From Chiloscyllium plagiosum (lineage: Eukaryota), in the NCBI RefSeq assembly GCF_004010195.1, contig NC_057720.1, positions 14,478,373 to 14,525,502 on the forward strand: a stretch of 47,130 bases of DNA, in the 5' to 3' direction. The notes under the pieces were generated by a model, which made no database searches, was not told the DNA's origin, and worked only from the letters and a program-made list of their open reading frames with translations. A program made the position numbers and the translations under genes. Shown in pieces: positions 1 to 12,003 of the stretch (the first letter of the stretch is position 1; every line of letters starts with the position of its first letter).

Positions 1-566
1 CTGGGGTCATGTTGCAGTTGTATAAGACTCTGGTGCGGCCGCATCTGGAATATTGTGTGCAGTTTTGGTCGCCATACTATAGGAAGGATGTGGAGGCACT
101 GGAACGGGTGCAGAGGAGGTTTACCAGGATGTTGCCTGGTATGGAAGGAAGATCGTATGAGGATAGACTGAGACACTTGGGGCTGTTTTCATTAGAGAAA
201 AGAAGGTTTAGGGGTGACTTGATTGAGGTGTACAAGATGATTAGGGGGTTAGATAGGGTTGACAGTGTGAACCTTTTCCCGCGTATGGAGTCGGGTATTA
301 CAAGGGGGCATAGCTTTAAATTAAGGGGGGGGGTAGATATAGGACTGAAGTTAGGGGTAGGTTCTTCACTCAGTGAGTCGTAAGTTCATGGAATGCCCTG
401 CCAGTAGCAGTGGTGGACTCTCCCTCTTTATGGGCATTTAAGCGGGCATTGGATAGGTATATGGAGGATAGTGGGTTAGTATAGATTAGGTGGGCTTGGA
501 TCCGCGCAACATCGAGGGCCAAAGGGCCTGTACTGCGCTGTATTCTTCTATGTTCTATGTTCTATG
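1..566 (+). mobile_element. CR1-clade LINE, 3' end (ORF2 C-terminus, 3' UTR, (TTCTATG)n tail)
   Basis: ORF 9-383 reads LYKTLVRPHLEYCVQFWSP...LERVQRRFTRM...LFSLEKRRFRGDLIEVYK, the CR1 ORF2 C-terminal signature. It frameshifts in a G-run near 325-333 and ends in ttctatg repeats at about 547-566. Confidence 0.95.
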
Positions 567-2403
567 TAAGCAGTGTGTGGGCAGTGAGTCCTGGAGCAGT
601 GTGTGGGCAGTGGGTCCTGGAATAGTGGGTCCTGGAGCATGTGCGTGGTGTGTGAATCTTGGAGCAGTGTGTGGGCAGTGAGTCCTGGAGCAGTGTGCGG
701 GCAGTGAGTCCTGGAGCAGTGTGTGGGCAGTGAGTCCTGGAGCAGTGCCTTGGCAGTGAGTCCTGGAGCAGTGTATGGGCAGTGAATCTTGGAGCAGTGT
801 GCAGGCAGTGGATCTGGAGCAGTGTGTGGGCAGTGAGTCCTGGAGCAGTGTGTCTGAGCAGTGAATCCTGGAGCAGTGTGTGGGCAGTGAGTCCTGCAGC
901 AGTGTGTGGGCAGTGAGTCCTGGAGCAGTGTGGGGGCAGTGAGTCCTCCAGCAGTGTGTGGACAGTGAGTCCTGGAGCAGTGTGCGGGCAGTGAGTCCTG
1001 GAGCAGTGTGTGGGCAGTGAGTCCTGGAGCAGTGTCTGGGCAGTGAGTCCTGGAGCAGTGTGGGGGCAGTGAGTCCTCCAGCAGTGTGTGGACAGTGAGT
1101 CCTGGATCAGTGTCTGGGCAGTGAGTCCTGGAGCAGTGTGTGTGAGCACTGAGTCCTGGAGCAGTGTGTGTGAGCACTGAGTCCTGGAGCAGTATGTGGG
1201 CAGTGAGTCCTGGAGCAGTGTGTGGGCAGTGAGTCCTGGAGCAGTGTGTGGGCAGTGAGTCCTGGAGCAGTGTCTGGGCAGTGAGTCCTGGAGCAGTGTG
1301 CAGGCAGTAAGTCCTGGAGCAGTGTGTCTGAGCAGTGAATCCTGGACCAGTGTGTGGGCAGTTAGTCCTGGAGCAGTGTGTGGGCAGTGAGTCCTGGAGC
1401 AGTGTTTGGGCAGTGAGTCCTGGAGCAGAGTGTGGGCAGTGAGTCCTGGAGCAGTGTGTGGGCAGTGAGTCCTGGAGCAGTGTTTGGGCAGTGAGTCCTG
1501 GAGCAGAGTGTGGGCAGTGAGTCCTGGAGCAGTGTCTGGGCAGTGAGTCCTGGAGTAGTGTGAGGGCAGTGAGTCCTGCAGCAGTGTGGACAGTGAGTCC
1601 TGGATCAATGTCTGGGCAGTGAGTCCTGGAGTAGTGTGTGGGCAGTGAGTCCTGCAGCAGTGTGTGGACAGTGAGTCCTGGAGCAGTGTCTGGGCAGTGA
1701 TACCTGGAGCAGTGTGTGGGCAGTGAGTCCTGGAGCAGTGTCTGGGCAGTGAGTCCTGGAGCAGTGTGTGGGCGGTGAGCCCTGCAGCAGTGTTTGCGCA
1801 GTGAGTCCTGGATCAGTGTCTGGGCAGTGAGTCCTGGAGCAATGTGTGTGAGCACTGAGTCCTGGAGCAGTGTGTGGGCAGTGAGTCCTGGAGCAGTGTG
1901 CCGGCAGTGAGTACTGGAGCAGTGTATGGGCAGTGAGTCCTGGAGCAGTGTGTGGGCACTGGGTCCTGGAGCAGTGTGCGGGCAGTGGGTCCTGGAGCAG
2001 TGTGCGGGCAGTGAGTCCTGGAGCAGTGTTTGGGCAGTGAGTCCTGGAGCAGTGTGTGGGCAGTGAGTCCTGGAGCAGTGTGTGGGCAGTGAGTCCTGGA
2101 GCAGTGTCTGGGCAGTGAGTCCTGGAGCAGTGTGCGGGCAGTGAGTCCTGGAGCAGTGTGTGGGCAGTGAGTCCTGGAGCAGTGTGTGGGCAGTGAGTCC
2201 TGGAGCAGTGTGCGGGCAGTGAGTCCTGGAGCAGTGTGCGGGCAGTGAGTCCTGGAGCAGTGTGTGGGCAGTGAGTCCTGGAGCAGTGTGTGGGCAGTGA
2301 GTCCTGGAGCAGTGTCTGGGCAGTGAGTCCTGGAGCAGTGTGCGGGCAGTGAGTCCTGGAGCAGTGTGTGGGCAGTGAGTCCTGGAGCAGTGTGTGGACA
2401 GTG
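567..2403. repeat. Minisatellite, 26-bp unit GCAGTGTGTGGGCAGTGAGTCCTGGA, about 70 copies
   Basis: Directly visible tandem array. The unit is two GCAGTG-initiated sub-repeats (11+15 bp). The minus-strand ORFs repeat every 26 aa (3 units). Confidence 0.98.
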
Positions 2404-2843
2404 GATCCTACAGCCGCTCTGGAAGTGAGTCCCCGGAGGAGCCCAGCACAGGGGAGTGAGATCTGGAACATACCTTGGAACACCTGAGTGCCGGAGCGGA
2501 GCAGTCTGGAGGCTTGGAGCAACCGTTGTACTAGGGTCTTGTGTGGGTGGTCAGAAGAGGCCTTGTGCTGACCTGCTGCAATGTAACATCTATTTTCAAA
2601 TGTTACCTGTCTGTTATGTCGATCCTTTAATGTTTTCTTATTTCTAACTTAATTTTAAACTCTGTAAAGTAATGCCACTACTTTTTATTCCTCCTTTGTA
2701 TGTAAGATTTGTACCTCGGTCCTTGTACCTAAGATGGCGCGACAAGAGGCTGACAGTGTAAAAGATTTTCACTGTACTTCTGCAACGGAGTACGTGTGAC
2801 AGTAAAGGATACGCTATTCTATTCTGTTCTCTCCTATTCTATT
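2404..2843 (+). mobile_element. Putative non-autonomous retroelement 3' part with Rex1-like tail
   Basis: Ends in ttttcactgtac...gtgtgacagtaaa followed by a (TATTC)n-like tail, resembling the Rex1 3' end at 22098-22130 (minus: ttttcactgtatctcc...tgacacaat). Confidence 0.45.
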
Positions 2844-2844
2844 G

Positions 2845-3083
2845 TGTGCTATTCATGATTTTATAAATGTCTATAATGTCACAATTGAACCTCCTACACT
2901 TCCGCCTATCCTGAGATTGCAAACCCCCCCCCACTCCCGGCAACACCTTGGTAAAATCTTTTCTCTCCAACTTAATAATGTCTTCCCTGAGCAGGGCAAC
3001 GAAAACTGTACACAGTACCCCAAACATGGCCTCACCAACATCCTGTACAACCTCAACATGACATCCCAACTCCCATACTCAAT
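2845..3083 (-). mobile_element. Degraded CR1 ORF2 fragment
   Basis: ORF 2871-3101 contains IEYGSWDVMLRLYRMLVRPCLGYCVQF. Another frame gives DIIDIYKIM. Confidence 0.85.
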
Positions 3084-3597
3084 GTGCGGCTGCAAACACA
3101 TTGATTAAGAACATAGTGCTCTTCTGTCAGAACAGGTGGAAGCACCGATTATCAGTGGAATGCCATCATGGATCAGATCCTTGTCTGTGAAACCACTTCA
3201 ACTGTATTTTCCCTCTTTTTATAATTGCACCCATCCCAATGTCCCCTTTCACGGCTAGCTATGAAAGCTACAATCATCCATCTGAAGAATGAAATGCCAG
3301 TATTTCAATCAGCTAAGTGTCACAACATGATATCATAATGTTTCAGAAAAATCAATCCCTTTCCCAATTACTTCCGCGACAATTAAGTTTAACTGATTTG
3401 ATATTTCAAAAGAAAACAACTGTCCATCAACCATGAGATTCTTGATGTCATTCAGTTCTACCACATTATTAGTAAATGCACAATGCAGGCAGAAGGTTTA
3501 ATTGCAGCATCAGATTAGATTAGACAGATAAAATGAAAGTAAGATTAGTGCTGTTATGCTTTTCGGTTTGCTGGATACAGGCACCAGGGTGATTTTA

Positions 3598-3609
3598 CCA
3601 CTAGATGGC
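3598..3609 (+). promoter_or_regulatory. Candidate CTCF-binding site
   Basis: CCACTAGATGGC matches the CTCF core CCASYAGRKGGC at 12/12 and lies in sequence I cannot assign to a repeat. Motif match only. Confidence 0.4.
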
Positions 3610-6600
3610 CTCATAAGTCCTGTTAAATGGTGTACTCTCCCCACAATCAGTTGAGGAACACTGCAGTGTTGACTATGTAAGTGGTTCCAATCATTTTCGG
3701 TATCAAGACACACAAACAATTGCACAGCACACCCATTTTTTTCAGTTGAATTGAGTAGTCTTAAATGTCACATTTACTTTTTTTTACTATGCCACAGTGG
3801 GAATGGAGACACTGAGTGCCCATCCACCCCCACTGCCGGTCTGCCACTACCCAGCAGTCTTTCACAAGAAGTGCCAATCTTACAGAGGTCGTCATGCTGC
3901 CCAGTCACAGAGAAGAAGCCCATCGCTAGAGGCAGCAGCTAACCTCCCAACTTGTGGCTGTTGGGCCTCTCCCTCCCACCCCCAGCACTTGACTCCAACA
4001 AATGGTCAGCCCTGTGCGCTGCAGCTGCTGCGATCACCACGCTCTCATTTCCACACTGGCACAGCCCTGGTGACCAGCAGTCACAGGGGCACGTCGATGT
4101 GACGGGCTCTGTCCAGCAAAGGAGCAAAGGCCAAAGATAGCAGACGGACTGGCCCTGCGCACTGAGTCACAGCAGCGTTCACCATCAGAGGCTGGCAGTC
4201 GGTCCCCACCCCACTGATAAAGGCACCTGGTGTCAGCAGATAAATGAGCAGTGGCTTGTAAAAAAATTTGTGGCACAGTTCTCAGATTGGCTGAAAACCA
4301 CTGAACTACACTTCAAAAGAACAAGTAACATAGGAAGGAAACCACAAAGGTGGTAGAGAAAAATCCGCAAGAATAGTTTGTAGGTACTGTAGTGGTTGAC
4401 TGAAAAAGCACAATGGTAGCACAGGAAACGCATTGGTTCCTGTTATCAATGCTCAACATCTTTCTGATTTCTATATTTGTTAACCACATACATTGCAATT
4501 GACAGACTGAACAGACCATAACTGATTGGCTTTCTAAGTGCAGCACCTTAGTAAATATGTAAGGTTATACTGTTGGCAAAAAAGTTGACATTGGAACAGG
4601 AGCAAATTTTCTAAATGCTGCTTAGATGCTGCTGAAACTTTTCAGTCGCTGTCTTGTCAACTGTTTAAGAATTGCTTTCTTCATTAACAGAAGGAACAGT
4701 TTCAAGCTCCAGTTACATCGTTCTATAATTGATAGGCGTACAATTATAAACAGCAAACTTCAAGGGCCAAAACCCTGCACAAACTGGGCTCAAGTGAAAG
4801 TAACTGGGTGGGGGTGTTTACTGGAGTTGGGCCTGTTGACCCCAGAGAGAGGTCAAAGGCAGCCACAGTGGGAAGGGGGTGAGGAGGGGAGGGGGGAGGT
4901 GGCTCTGCTTTAAAGGCCTACAATAGTTCTTTGGGACTTCCCACTAGTCAAATTACAATAAAACCATTAAAGACCTTCTCGCTCACATCCTCACCCCTCA
5001 AGCTCCATCACACCATCTCCCCAGGCACCACTCCCACACAATCCCAATGGCTCATCCATGTCAACACATGCTACCTCATTCCCCCCCCCCCCGCCCCACA
5101 CACGGTTATAGAAGTCATTTTCTCATGGAGTTAATATTGATGCTCCACCCAATCTGATGATGTCACACTGACTTTGGGTGGAGGCAGTTGAGATCTGCAC
5201 CCGTTCCCAGGAGGAGTGGGTTGTGTTCTGCTCAGGTCCTGATAATCATATGAAATTATGCCTAGCAAGTTAATGCAGACTGTAACTAATGCTATCATGC
5301 AATCAACTACCTTGTTATGTAAGACTTTTCTGTTTAGTGTCACCAGTGATCTATCCTGTGCCAAAGACCTACCAAAACCAGAATATGACACTCATGGTCC
5401 ATTATATCCTCCATGCCAATCTATGCTTCCTAAAGCACTGTCTCATGGTCATTCATATCAGCCACACTTACCTCTTCTCACTGATTTCCTAAAGTCCCTC
5501 ATGCCCCTCTAACTACCAGCCATGACCCTTTAAAGCCCTGTATCAAATTAATGTAAAACTCTGCTTCCTATGTCCCCTAGCCACCACACTTTACCCATAT
5601 ACCCATCATGCCAAGTCACCCAGTATGGGCATACTTCAGGAGTCATATTAAAACTAAATAAAGTTCCAAGTACCTATTGATGACTTCACCATTTTAAAAA
5701 AACTTATCGTAAAAAGCCATTCAAATAATTTCAGGTATTTAATCGTTTATAAAAACATTCTATTAAGGTAGTTAACCCTCAGGAAAACAATTGTATATTA
5801 ATAGCCCATATCAAAGAGTTTATAATGACATGAACTTGTCAATCAAGCTGTTGTCTTATGGGACATCCAGCAGTGATAACAATAGGTTGTGGAATCTGTC
5901 ATGTAGTTCTAACCCACAATGATGGCCCTCAACTCATATCAACAGACCATTAGTGAAATTACAAGTATTTTTCAATTACAAGGTAGTTACTTTTTTTCAA
6001 AAAATGCAAAGAACTTAGTATTTAGATGCCTTGATAGATAGACAGGCAGGTGAACTTATCCTCTTGGTAGCCCATTTCATGCCTATTTTTGACAACCCCA
6101 AAGGACATCTGGCTTCTCCCAAAGGTCACCTTACTTCTTCTAAAGGGGTACTGCGAGCTCTCCAACAGGGGTCTCCAGACATGCTTTAAAGGGAAACCAA
6201 ACAACTCTGTCAGCTTTAGAGCTTTTACACCTCCCACTAATAAAATTAGCATTTTTTGAAAGCAGCTGCACTTTTACATGTGTAGCTGCTCCATGAACAT
6301 TAAATGTGCAAACTACAAGCAGTCTCCTTTCCCTATTCCCCCTCCCCACCACTATGCACATGCAAGTAGCCATGTCGTAACACAGAATTGTTCCATTCTG
6401 CTGTGTGCTTAGAATCCGGAGCAGCATTTACTTCTCAACTTGTTGTTCTGCAGTCTGCAGAGACTTCAGTCATGCTTTAGCAGCAGGCATTACAATCCTA
6501 ATTCTGAGGCTGCTTATTATAATCTCAAGCAACTTCAATCTATAGCCCTTTTCTAACCTAGCTGTTATGAACACATTTCTTCAGAGACAGAAAGGACATC

Positions 6601-6750
6601 CCTATATAAAATAGCAATTCTAATTCTACACATCAAAGGTCAAACTTCACAACATCATCCATCAACTGCCAATCGGTGAAGAAACACCTTTGCTACAGTA
6701 TTAGCCACAAAGTTCCAGTCCATATTTGTATTCCTGTTAACTTATCACAG

Positions 6751-7370
6751 GGAATTGGTTTAGCTCAGTTGGCTGGATCATTGGTTTAGACGATAGACAA
6801 TAGGTGCAGGAGTAGGCCATTCTGCCCTTCGAGCCTGCACCACCATTTATTATGATCATGGCTGATCATCCTCAATCAGTATCCTGTTCCTGCCTTATCC
6901 CCATAACCCTTGATTCACTATCCTTGAGAGCTCTATCCAACTCTTTCTTAAACGAATCCAGAGACTGGGCCTCCACTGCCTTCTGGGGCAGAGCATTCCA
7001 CACAGCCACCACTCTCTGGGTGAAGAAGTTTCTCCTCACCTCTGTCCTAAATGGCCCACCCCTTATTTTTAAGCTGTGTCCTCTGGTTCGGGACTCACCC
7101 ATCAGCGGAAACATATTTCCTGCCTCCAGAGTGTCCAATCCTTTAATAATCTTATACGTCTCAATCAGATCCACTCTCAGTCTTCTAAACTCAAGGGTTT
7201 ACAGAGCAGAGTGATGCTAACAGTGTAGGTTTGCTTCCCATTGCCAGTTTGAGGTTACCATGAAGGACTCTCCTTCTTAACCTTTTCCTTCACCTGAGGT
7301 TGGGTGGCCCTCAGGTTAAATCACCACCAGACACTTCTCTCTCTAATAGGAGAGCAGCCTCTATGGTCTG
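6751..7370 (+). mobile_element. tRNA-derived SINE split by a CR1 insertion (parts 6751-6788 and 7202-7370)
   Basis: A-box-like TAGCTCAGTTGG near 6761. The body resumes after the CR1 (gagtgatgctaacagtgtaggttt...cctgaggttgggtggccctcagg). ggttta is duplicated at 6783-6788 and 7196-7201. Confidence 0.65.
6789..7195 (-). mobile_element. 5'-truncated CR1 3' end
   Basis: ORF 6872-7174: DLIETYKIIKGLD...SRTRGHSLKI...RNFFTQRVVAVWNALP. Confidence 0.93.
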
Positions 7371-7647
7371 ATAAAAAAAGACTTCGCAACACAACAACTT
7401 CCCATAAATGAGCGAAGTATCATGGTGGTTTTTGTCAGGTCCATTTGTGAACTACAATGGTTCAAGATGATAACGCACCACTATCTTCTCAAAGGCAATT
7501 AAAGATGGACAATAAATGCCAGCCAAGGTAACCTTCACATCACATGATCAAGAACAAAAGAAGTAGAACAGGTTCTGCCAACCATATTGTGCCAACCTGG
7601 ACTACAAGAATTCTATGAGCTGGTCCCAACTAGATGATGGTGCAGGC

Positions 7648-7740
7648 TTCCTGAAGGGCTTTTGCCCAAAACATTGATTTTCCTGCTCCTCGGATGCTGC
7701 CTGGCCTGCTGTGCTTTTCCATCACCACATTCTTGATTTT
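7648..7740 (+). mobile_element. Penelope-type terminal fragment (family A) with degenerate hammerhead
   Basis: ctgaagggcttttgcccaaaacattg...ggatgctgcctggcctgctgtgcttttcc is homologous to 12808-12906 and 22268-22395. Confidence 0.8.
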
Positions 7741-7984
7741 ACAAACAATAGCCAGTCCCAGTGCTGCAGAAACAAGATTTCCATTTCTGAAAGTTGCACC
7801 AGTAGAGTTACGGGAGTCAGCAGAAGGTGGAGGCCAGCTCAGCTGGTTCCTCTCATCAGATTGTCCATTTGCACAATGAGCACGAATGGAATCTTAATTT
7901 TGGATCATAGTCACTTTCTAAGGAACCATTTCTTATCAGGCCACGTTACCAGTTAAAGGAAAGGGAGAAAGGTTCTCGTACAAG

Positions 7985-8808
7985 TGATATTATGAAATTG
8001 GAAAGAGTGCAGAAAAGATTTACAGGGATGTTACCAGGACTTAGGTTTGCGTTATAGAAAGAGACTGGATAGGCTGGGACATTTTACCCTGGAGTGTAGG
8101 AAAGTTAAGGGGTGACCTTATAAAGGTTTATAAAATTCTGAGGGGCATAGATAAGGTGAACAACAAATTCTAAATTGGAGGAAGACTAATTTTGACACTA
8201 TTAGGCAAGAACTTTCAAAAGCTGATTGGCAGCAAATGTTCGCAGGTAAAGGGACGGCTGGAAAATGGGAAGCCTTCAGAAACAAGATAACAACAGTCCA
8301 GAGACAGCATATTCCTGTTAGGGTGAAAGGAAAGGCTGGTAGGTGTAGGGAATACAAGATGACTAGAGAAATTAAGGTTTTGGTTAAGAAAAAGAAGGAA
8401 GCATATGTCAGGTAGAGTCAGGATAAATTGAGTGAATCCTTAGAAGGGTGTAAAGGCAGTAGAAGGACACTTAAGAGGGAATTAGAGGAGCAAAAAGGGG
8501 ACATGAGTTAGCTTTGGCAAATAGGGCTAAGGAGAATCCAAAGGGATTTTACAAATACATTAAGGACACAAGGGTAACAAGGGAGAGAATAGGGTTCCTC
8601 AAAAATCAACAAGGCAGCTTATGTTTGGAGACGCAGGAGATGGGGGGTTACTATTTTGCATTAGTGTTTACTGTGGAGAAGGACATGGAAGATATAGAAT
8701 GAGGGGAAATAGATGGTGACATCTTGAAAAATGTCCATATTACAGAGGAGTAGGTGCTGGATGTCTTGAAATGCATAAAAGTGGATAAATCCCCATGACC
8801 TGATCAGG
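7985..8808 (+). mobile_element. Two fused CR1 ORF2 fragments (about 7985-8160 C-terminal; about 8160-8808 EN-RT linker)
   Basis: ttggaaagagtgcagaaaagatttacaggg (LERVQKRF), then ANRAKENPKGFYKYIK...YFALVFTVEKD...VDKSP. Confidence 0.88.
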
Positions 8809-10849
8809 TCATAGAGCCATAGAGTCATAGAGATGTCCAGCACAGAAACAAACCCTTCGGTCCAACTCGTCCACGCCGACCAGATATCCCAACCCAATCT
8901 AGTTCCACTTGCCAGCATCCGGCCCGGATACCTCCAAACCCTTCCTATTCATATACCCATCCAGATGCCTTTTAAATGTTGCAATTGTACCAGTCTCCAC
9001 CATTTCCTCTGGCAGCTCATTCCATAGACGTACCATCCTCTGCGTGAAAAAGTTGCACCTTAGGTCTCTTTTATATCTTTCCCCTCTCACCCTGAACCTA
9101 TGCCCTTTAGTTCTGGCCTCCTCTACCCCAAGGATGAGACTTTGTCTATTTATCCTACATATGCCCCTGATGACTTTGTAAACCTCTATAAGGTCACCCC
9201 TCAGCCTTCGACACTCCAGATAAAACAGCCCAAACCAATTCTATCTCCCTCTATAGCACAAATTCTCCAACCCTGGCAACATCCTTGTAAATCTTTCCTA
9301 AACCCAGGAAGGGAGACCAGAATTGCACGCAATATTCCAACAGTGGCTGAACCAATGTCCTGTACAGCCGCAACATGACCTCCCAATTCCTGTACTCAAT
9401 ACTCTGACCAATAAAGAAAAGCATATCAAACACTACCTTCACTATCCTATCTACCTGCCACTCTACTTTCAAGGAGCAATGAACATGCACTCCAAGGTCT
9501 CTTTGTTCAGCAACACTCCCCAGGACCTTACCTTTAAGTGTTTAAGTTCTGCTAAGATTTGCTTTTCCAAAATGCAACCCCTCGCATTTATCTAAATTAA
9601 ACTCCATCTGCCACTCCTCAGCCCATTGGCCCATCTGATCAAGATCCCATTGTAATCTTCTTCACTGTCCACTACCCCTCCAATTTTGGTGTAATCTGCA
9701 AACTTACTAACCTATGTTCACCTTACCACCTATGTTCACATCCAAATCATTTATATAAATGATAAAAAGTAGTGGACCCAGCACCAATCCTTGTGGCACT
9801 CCACTGGTCTAGGCCTCCAATCTGAAAAACAACCCTCCTCCATCACCACCCTCTGTCTTCTACCTTCGAGCCAGTTCTATATCCAAATGGCTAGTTTTCT
9901 CTGTATTCCATGAGATCTAACCTTGCTAACCATTCTCCTATGGGGAACCTTGTCAAACGCCTTACTGAAATCCATTGCTCTGCCTCATCAATTCTCTTTG
10001 TTACTTCTTCAAAAAACTCAATCAAGTTTGTGAGACATGATTTCCCATGCACAAATCCATGTTGACTATCGCTAATCAGTCCTTCCTTACCCAAATATGT
10101 GTAAATCCTGTCCCTCAGGATTTCCTCCAACAACTTGCCCACCACCGACGTCAGGTCTATAGTTCCCTGGCTTGTCGTTACCACCTTTTTTAAACAGTGG
10201 TACCACATTAGACAACCTCCAGTCTTCCGGCACTTCATATGTGACTATCGACGATACAAATATCCCAGCAAGGGGCCTAGCAATCATTTCCCTAGCTTTC
10301 CACAGAGTTTTCGGGTATGGCTGATCAGGTCCTGGGGATTTATCCACCATTATGTGTTTCAAGCCATCCAGTTAAAAATCACACAACTCCAGGTTACAGT
10401 CCAACAGGTTTATTTGGAACCACTAGATTTTGGAGCACTGCTCCTTCATCAGATGATTGTGGAGTATAAGATCGTAAGACACAGAATTTATAGCAAACGT
10501 TTACAGTGTGATGTAATTGAAATTATGTAATGAAAAAGACTTGGACTGTTTGTTAAGTCTCTCATCTTTTAGAATAACCATGTTGGTTTCAGTTCTTTCG
10601 TATGCAAATTGCAAAACTTTTTTAGAAGTTACATTCTCAAGTGAACTTTAACAATTAGTGTCATGTTGGCCCAAATAATGCATTGAAGGTGTGAGGTGCC
10701 CTGTGTGAGGCTGTCTGTGTTACAATGGTCAGACTGATTCTAAACTAAAAAAAATTACAGAATTTTACATGGATTCATGCAGTTTTTGAGTAAAGTAAAA
10801 TGTAATTCTGCAAGTACAAATTCACACCACAAACTTATATGTCTATGGG

Positions 10850-11125
10850 TGCATGTGGATGTGTGTGTGTGGAGGGGTGGGTTTATGAGTATCTGTGAGT
10901 GTGTGTATGTGTGTGAGTGTGAGTGTAAAGGAGTATAAGTCTGTGAGAGGGTGCATGTGAGTGTGTGAATGTATATGTGAGAGCATGAGGGACGGTCTGC
11001 TGAGTGTATCGGTTTTAGGAGTGTGTGTGTGTCTGTGTGTGTCTGTGTGTGTCTGTGTCTGTTCATCTGTGTGTCTGTGTCTGTGTGTGTCTGTGTCTGT
11101 GTGTGCCTATCTGTCTGTGTGTATA
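10850..11125. repeat. Degenerate (TG)n/(TGTGTC)n microsatellite within the Penelope 3' UTR
   Basis: Directly visible. Confidence 0.9.
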
Positions 11126-11134
11126 GTGCAAGGG

Positions 11135-11480
11135 TCACCTGTAGTGTGACATGAACCCAAGGTCCTGGTTGAGGCCATGCCCAAGGGTACCGAACTTGGC
11201 TATCAGCCTCTGCTCGGCCACTTTTCGCTGCAGCCTGTCCTGAAGTCCGTCTTGGAGGATGGTCACCCGAAGGTCCAAGGTTGAATGTCCTGGACCACTG
11301 AAGTGTTCCCCAACTGGAAGGGAACACTCCTGTCTATTGATTGTTGTGTGGTGCCCATTCATCCGTTGCTGTAGCCTCCGCTCGGTTTCACTAATGTACC
11401 ATACCTCAGGGCATCCTTGCCTGCAGTGTATGAGATAGACAATGTTGGCTGAGTTGCATGAGTCCTGCCACGTACATAGT
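11135..11480 (-). pseudogene. Penelope GIY-YIG endonuclease domain (C-terminus of PLE ORF)
   Basis: SCNSANIVYLIHC...WYISETERRLQQRMNGH...PVGEHFS...RKVAEQRLIAKFGT...GLN fits the PLE GIY-YIG layout (NVVY...YIGET...R...H...E...GLN), with YIG mutated to YIS. Confidence 0.88.
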
Positions 11481-11920
11481 GGGAGGTGTCCCCACACGAA
11501 ATGGTGGTATCCATGCTGATATTCTGACACGTCTTGCAGCTTCTACTGTGACAAGGTTGTAAGGTATTGTCCTGAAAGCCTGGCAGTTTGCTCAGAACAA
11601 TGATCTATTAGAGGTTTAGTGGTTGTTTAAAGGTGAGAAGTGGAGGTGTGGGGAAGTTCTTGGTGAGGTGCTCATCCTCATTGATAATGCATTGCAGGTT
11701 GTGAAGAAGATGGCGTAGTTCTGAACAAGCTATCCAGCACTTCCTCCTCTGTAATATGGACATTTTTTCAAGATATCGCCATCTAGTTCCCTACATTCTA
11801 TATCTTGCAAGTCCTTCTCCACAGTAAACACTGATGCAAAATACTCATTTAGTATCTTCCCCATCCCCTGCGGCTCCACACAAAGGCCACCTTGCTGATA
11901 TTTGAGGGGCTCCATTCTCT

Positions 11921-12003
11921 GTGGGATACTCTTCAGAGGGTCAGTGTGGACTTGATGCCAAATGGCCTGCTTCCACTCTGGAGGGATTCTATGATTCTAT
12001 GAA
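11921..12003 (+). mobile_element. V-SINE 3' tail fragment
   Basis: tcttcagagggtcagtgtggacttgatg..aaatggcctgcttcc..ggattctatgattctatga matches the tails of the other SINE copies in the window. Confidence 0.65.

Larger units (their letters stand above)
10372..11725 (-). mobile_element. Penelope-like element (family B), 5'-truncated, with GIY-YIG endonuclease remnant, (CA)-rich 3' UTR and terminal hammerhead remnant
   Basis: 12-bp TSD caagccatccag (10360-10371) / caagctatccag (11726-11737). GIY-YIG ORF at 11135-11530. Hammerhead remnant at 10421-10455. Confidence 0.92.
8809..11920 (-). mobile_element. CR1 (HER1-like) LINE with degenerate RT, split by a Penelope insertion at 10372-11725
   Basis: Minus ORFs give KSPGPD, VVPLFKKG, SQHGFVHGKSCLTNLIEFFEEVT and LYRTLVQPLLEYCVQFWSP. 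The tail (CTCTATGA)n lies at about 8809-8832. The sequence resumes colinearly at 11738 (LNEYFASVFTVEKD). Confidence 0.95.

Noticed and set aside
567..2403. CRISPR-like array
   Set aside because: Units are contiguous with no unique spacers, there are no cas genes, and the context is eukaryotic.
548..2522. Long minus-strand ORFs (435, 348 and 305 aa), Cys/His/Thr-rich
   Set aside because: By-product of a 26-bp repeat that lacks stop codons on that strand. All three frames give the same cyclic peptide, and there is no splice or domain evidence.
3790..6300. Possible Harbinger-type DNA transposon relic (GC-rich 3790-4260, CATGCC-rich 5000-5640)
   Set aside because: Composition is suggestive, but I found no TIRs, TSD or convincing protein motif.
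7745..7895. Open minus-strand stretch (DSIRAHCANGQSDERNQLSWPPPSADS...)
   Set aside because: No convincing acceptor or donor and no known domain.
10755..11327. 190-aa His/Thr-rich ORF
   Set aside because: Read-through of the (CA)-rich microsatellite in the Penelope UTR, in a different frame from the GIY-YIG.
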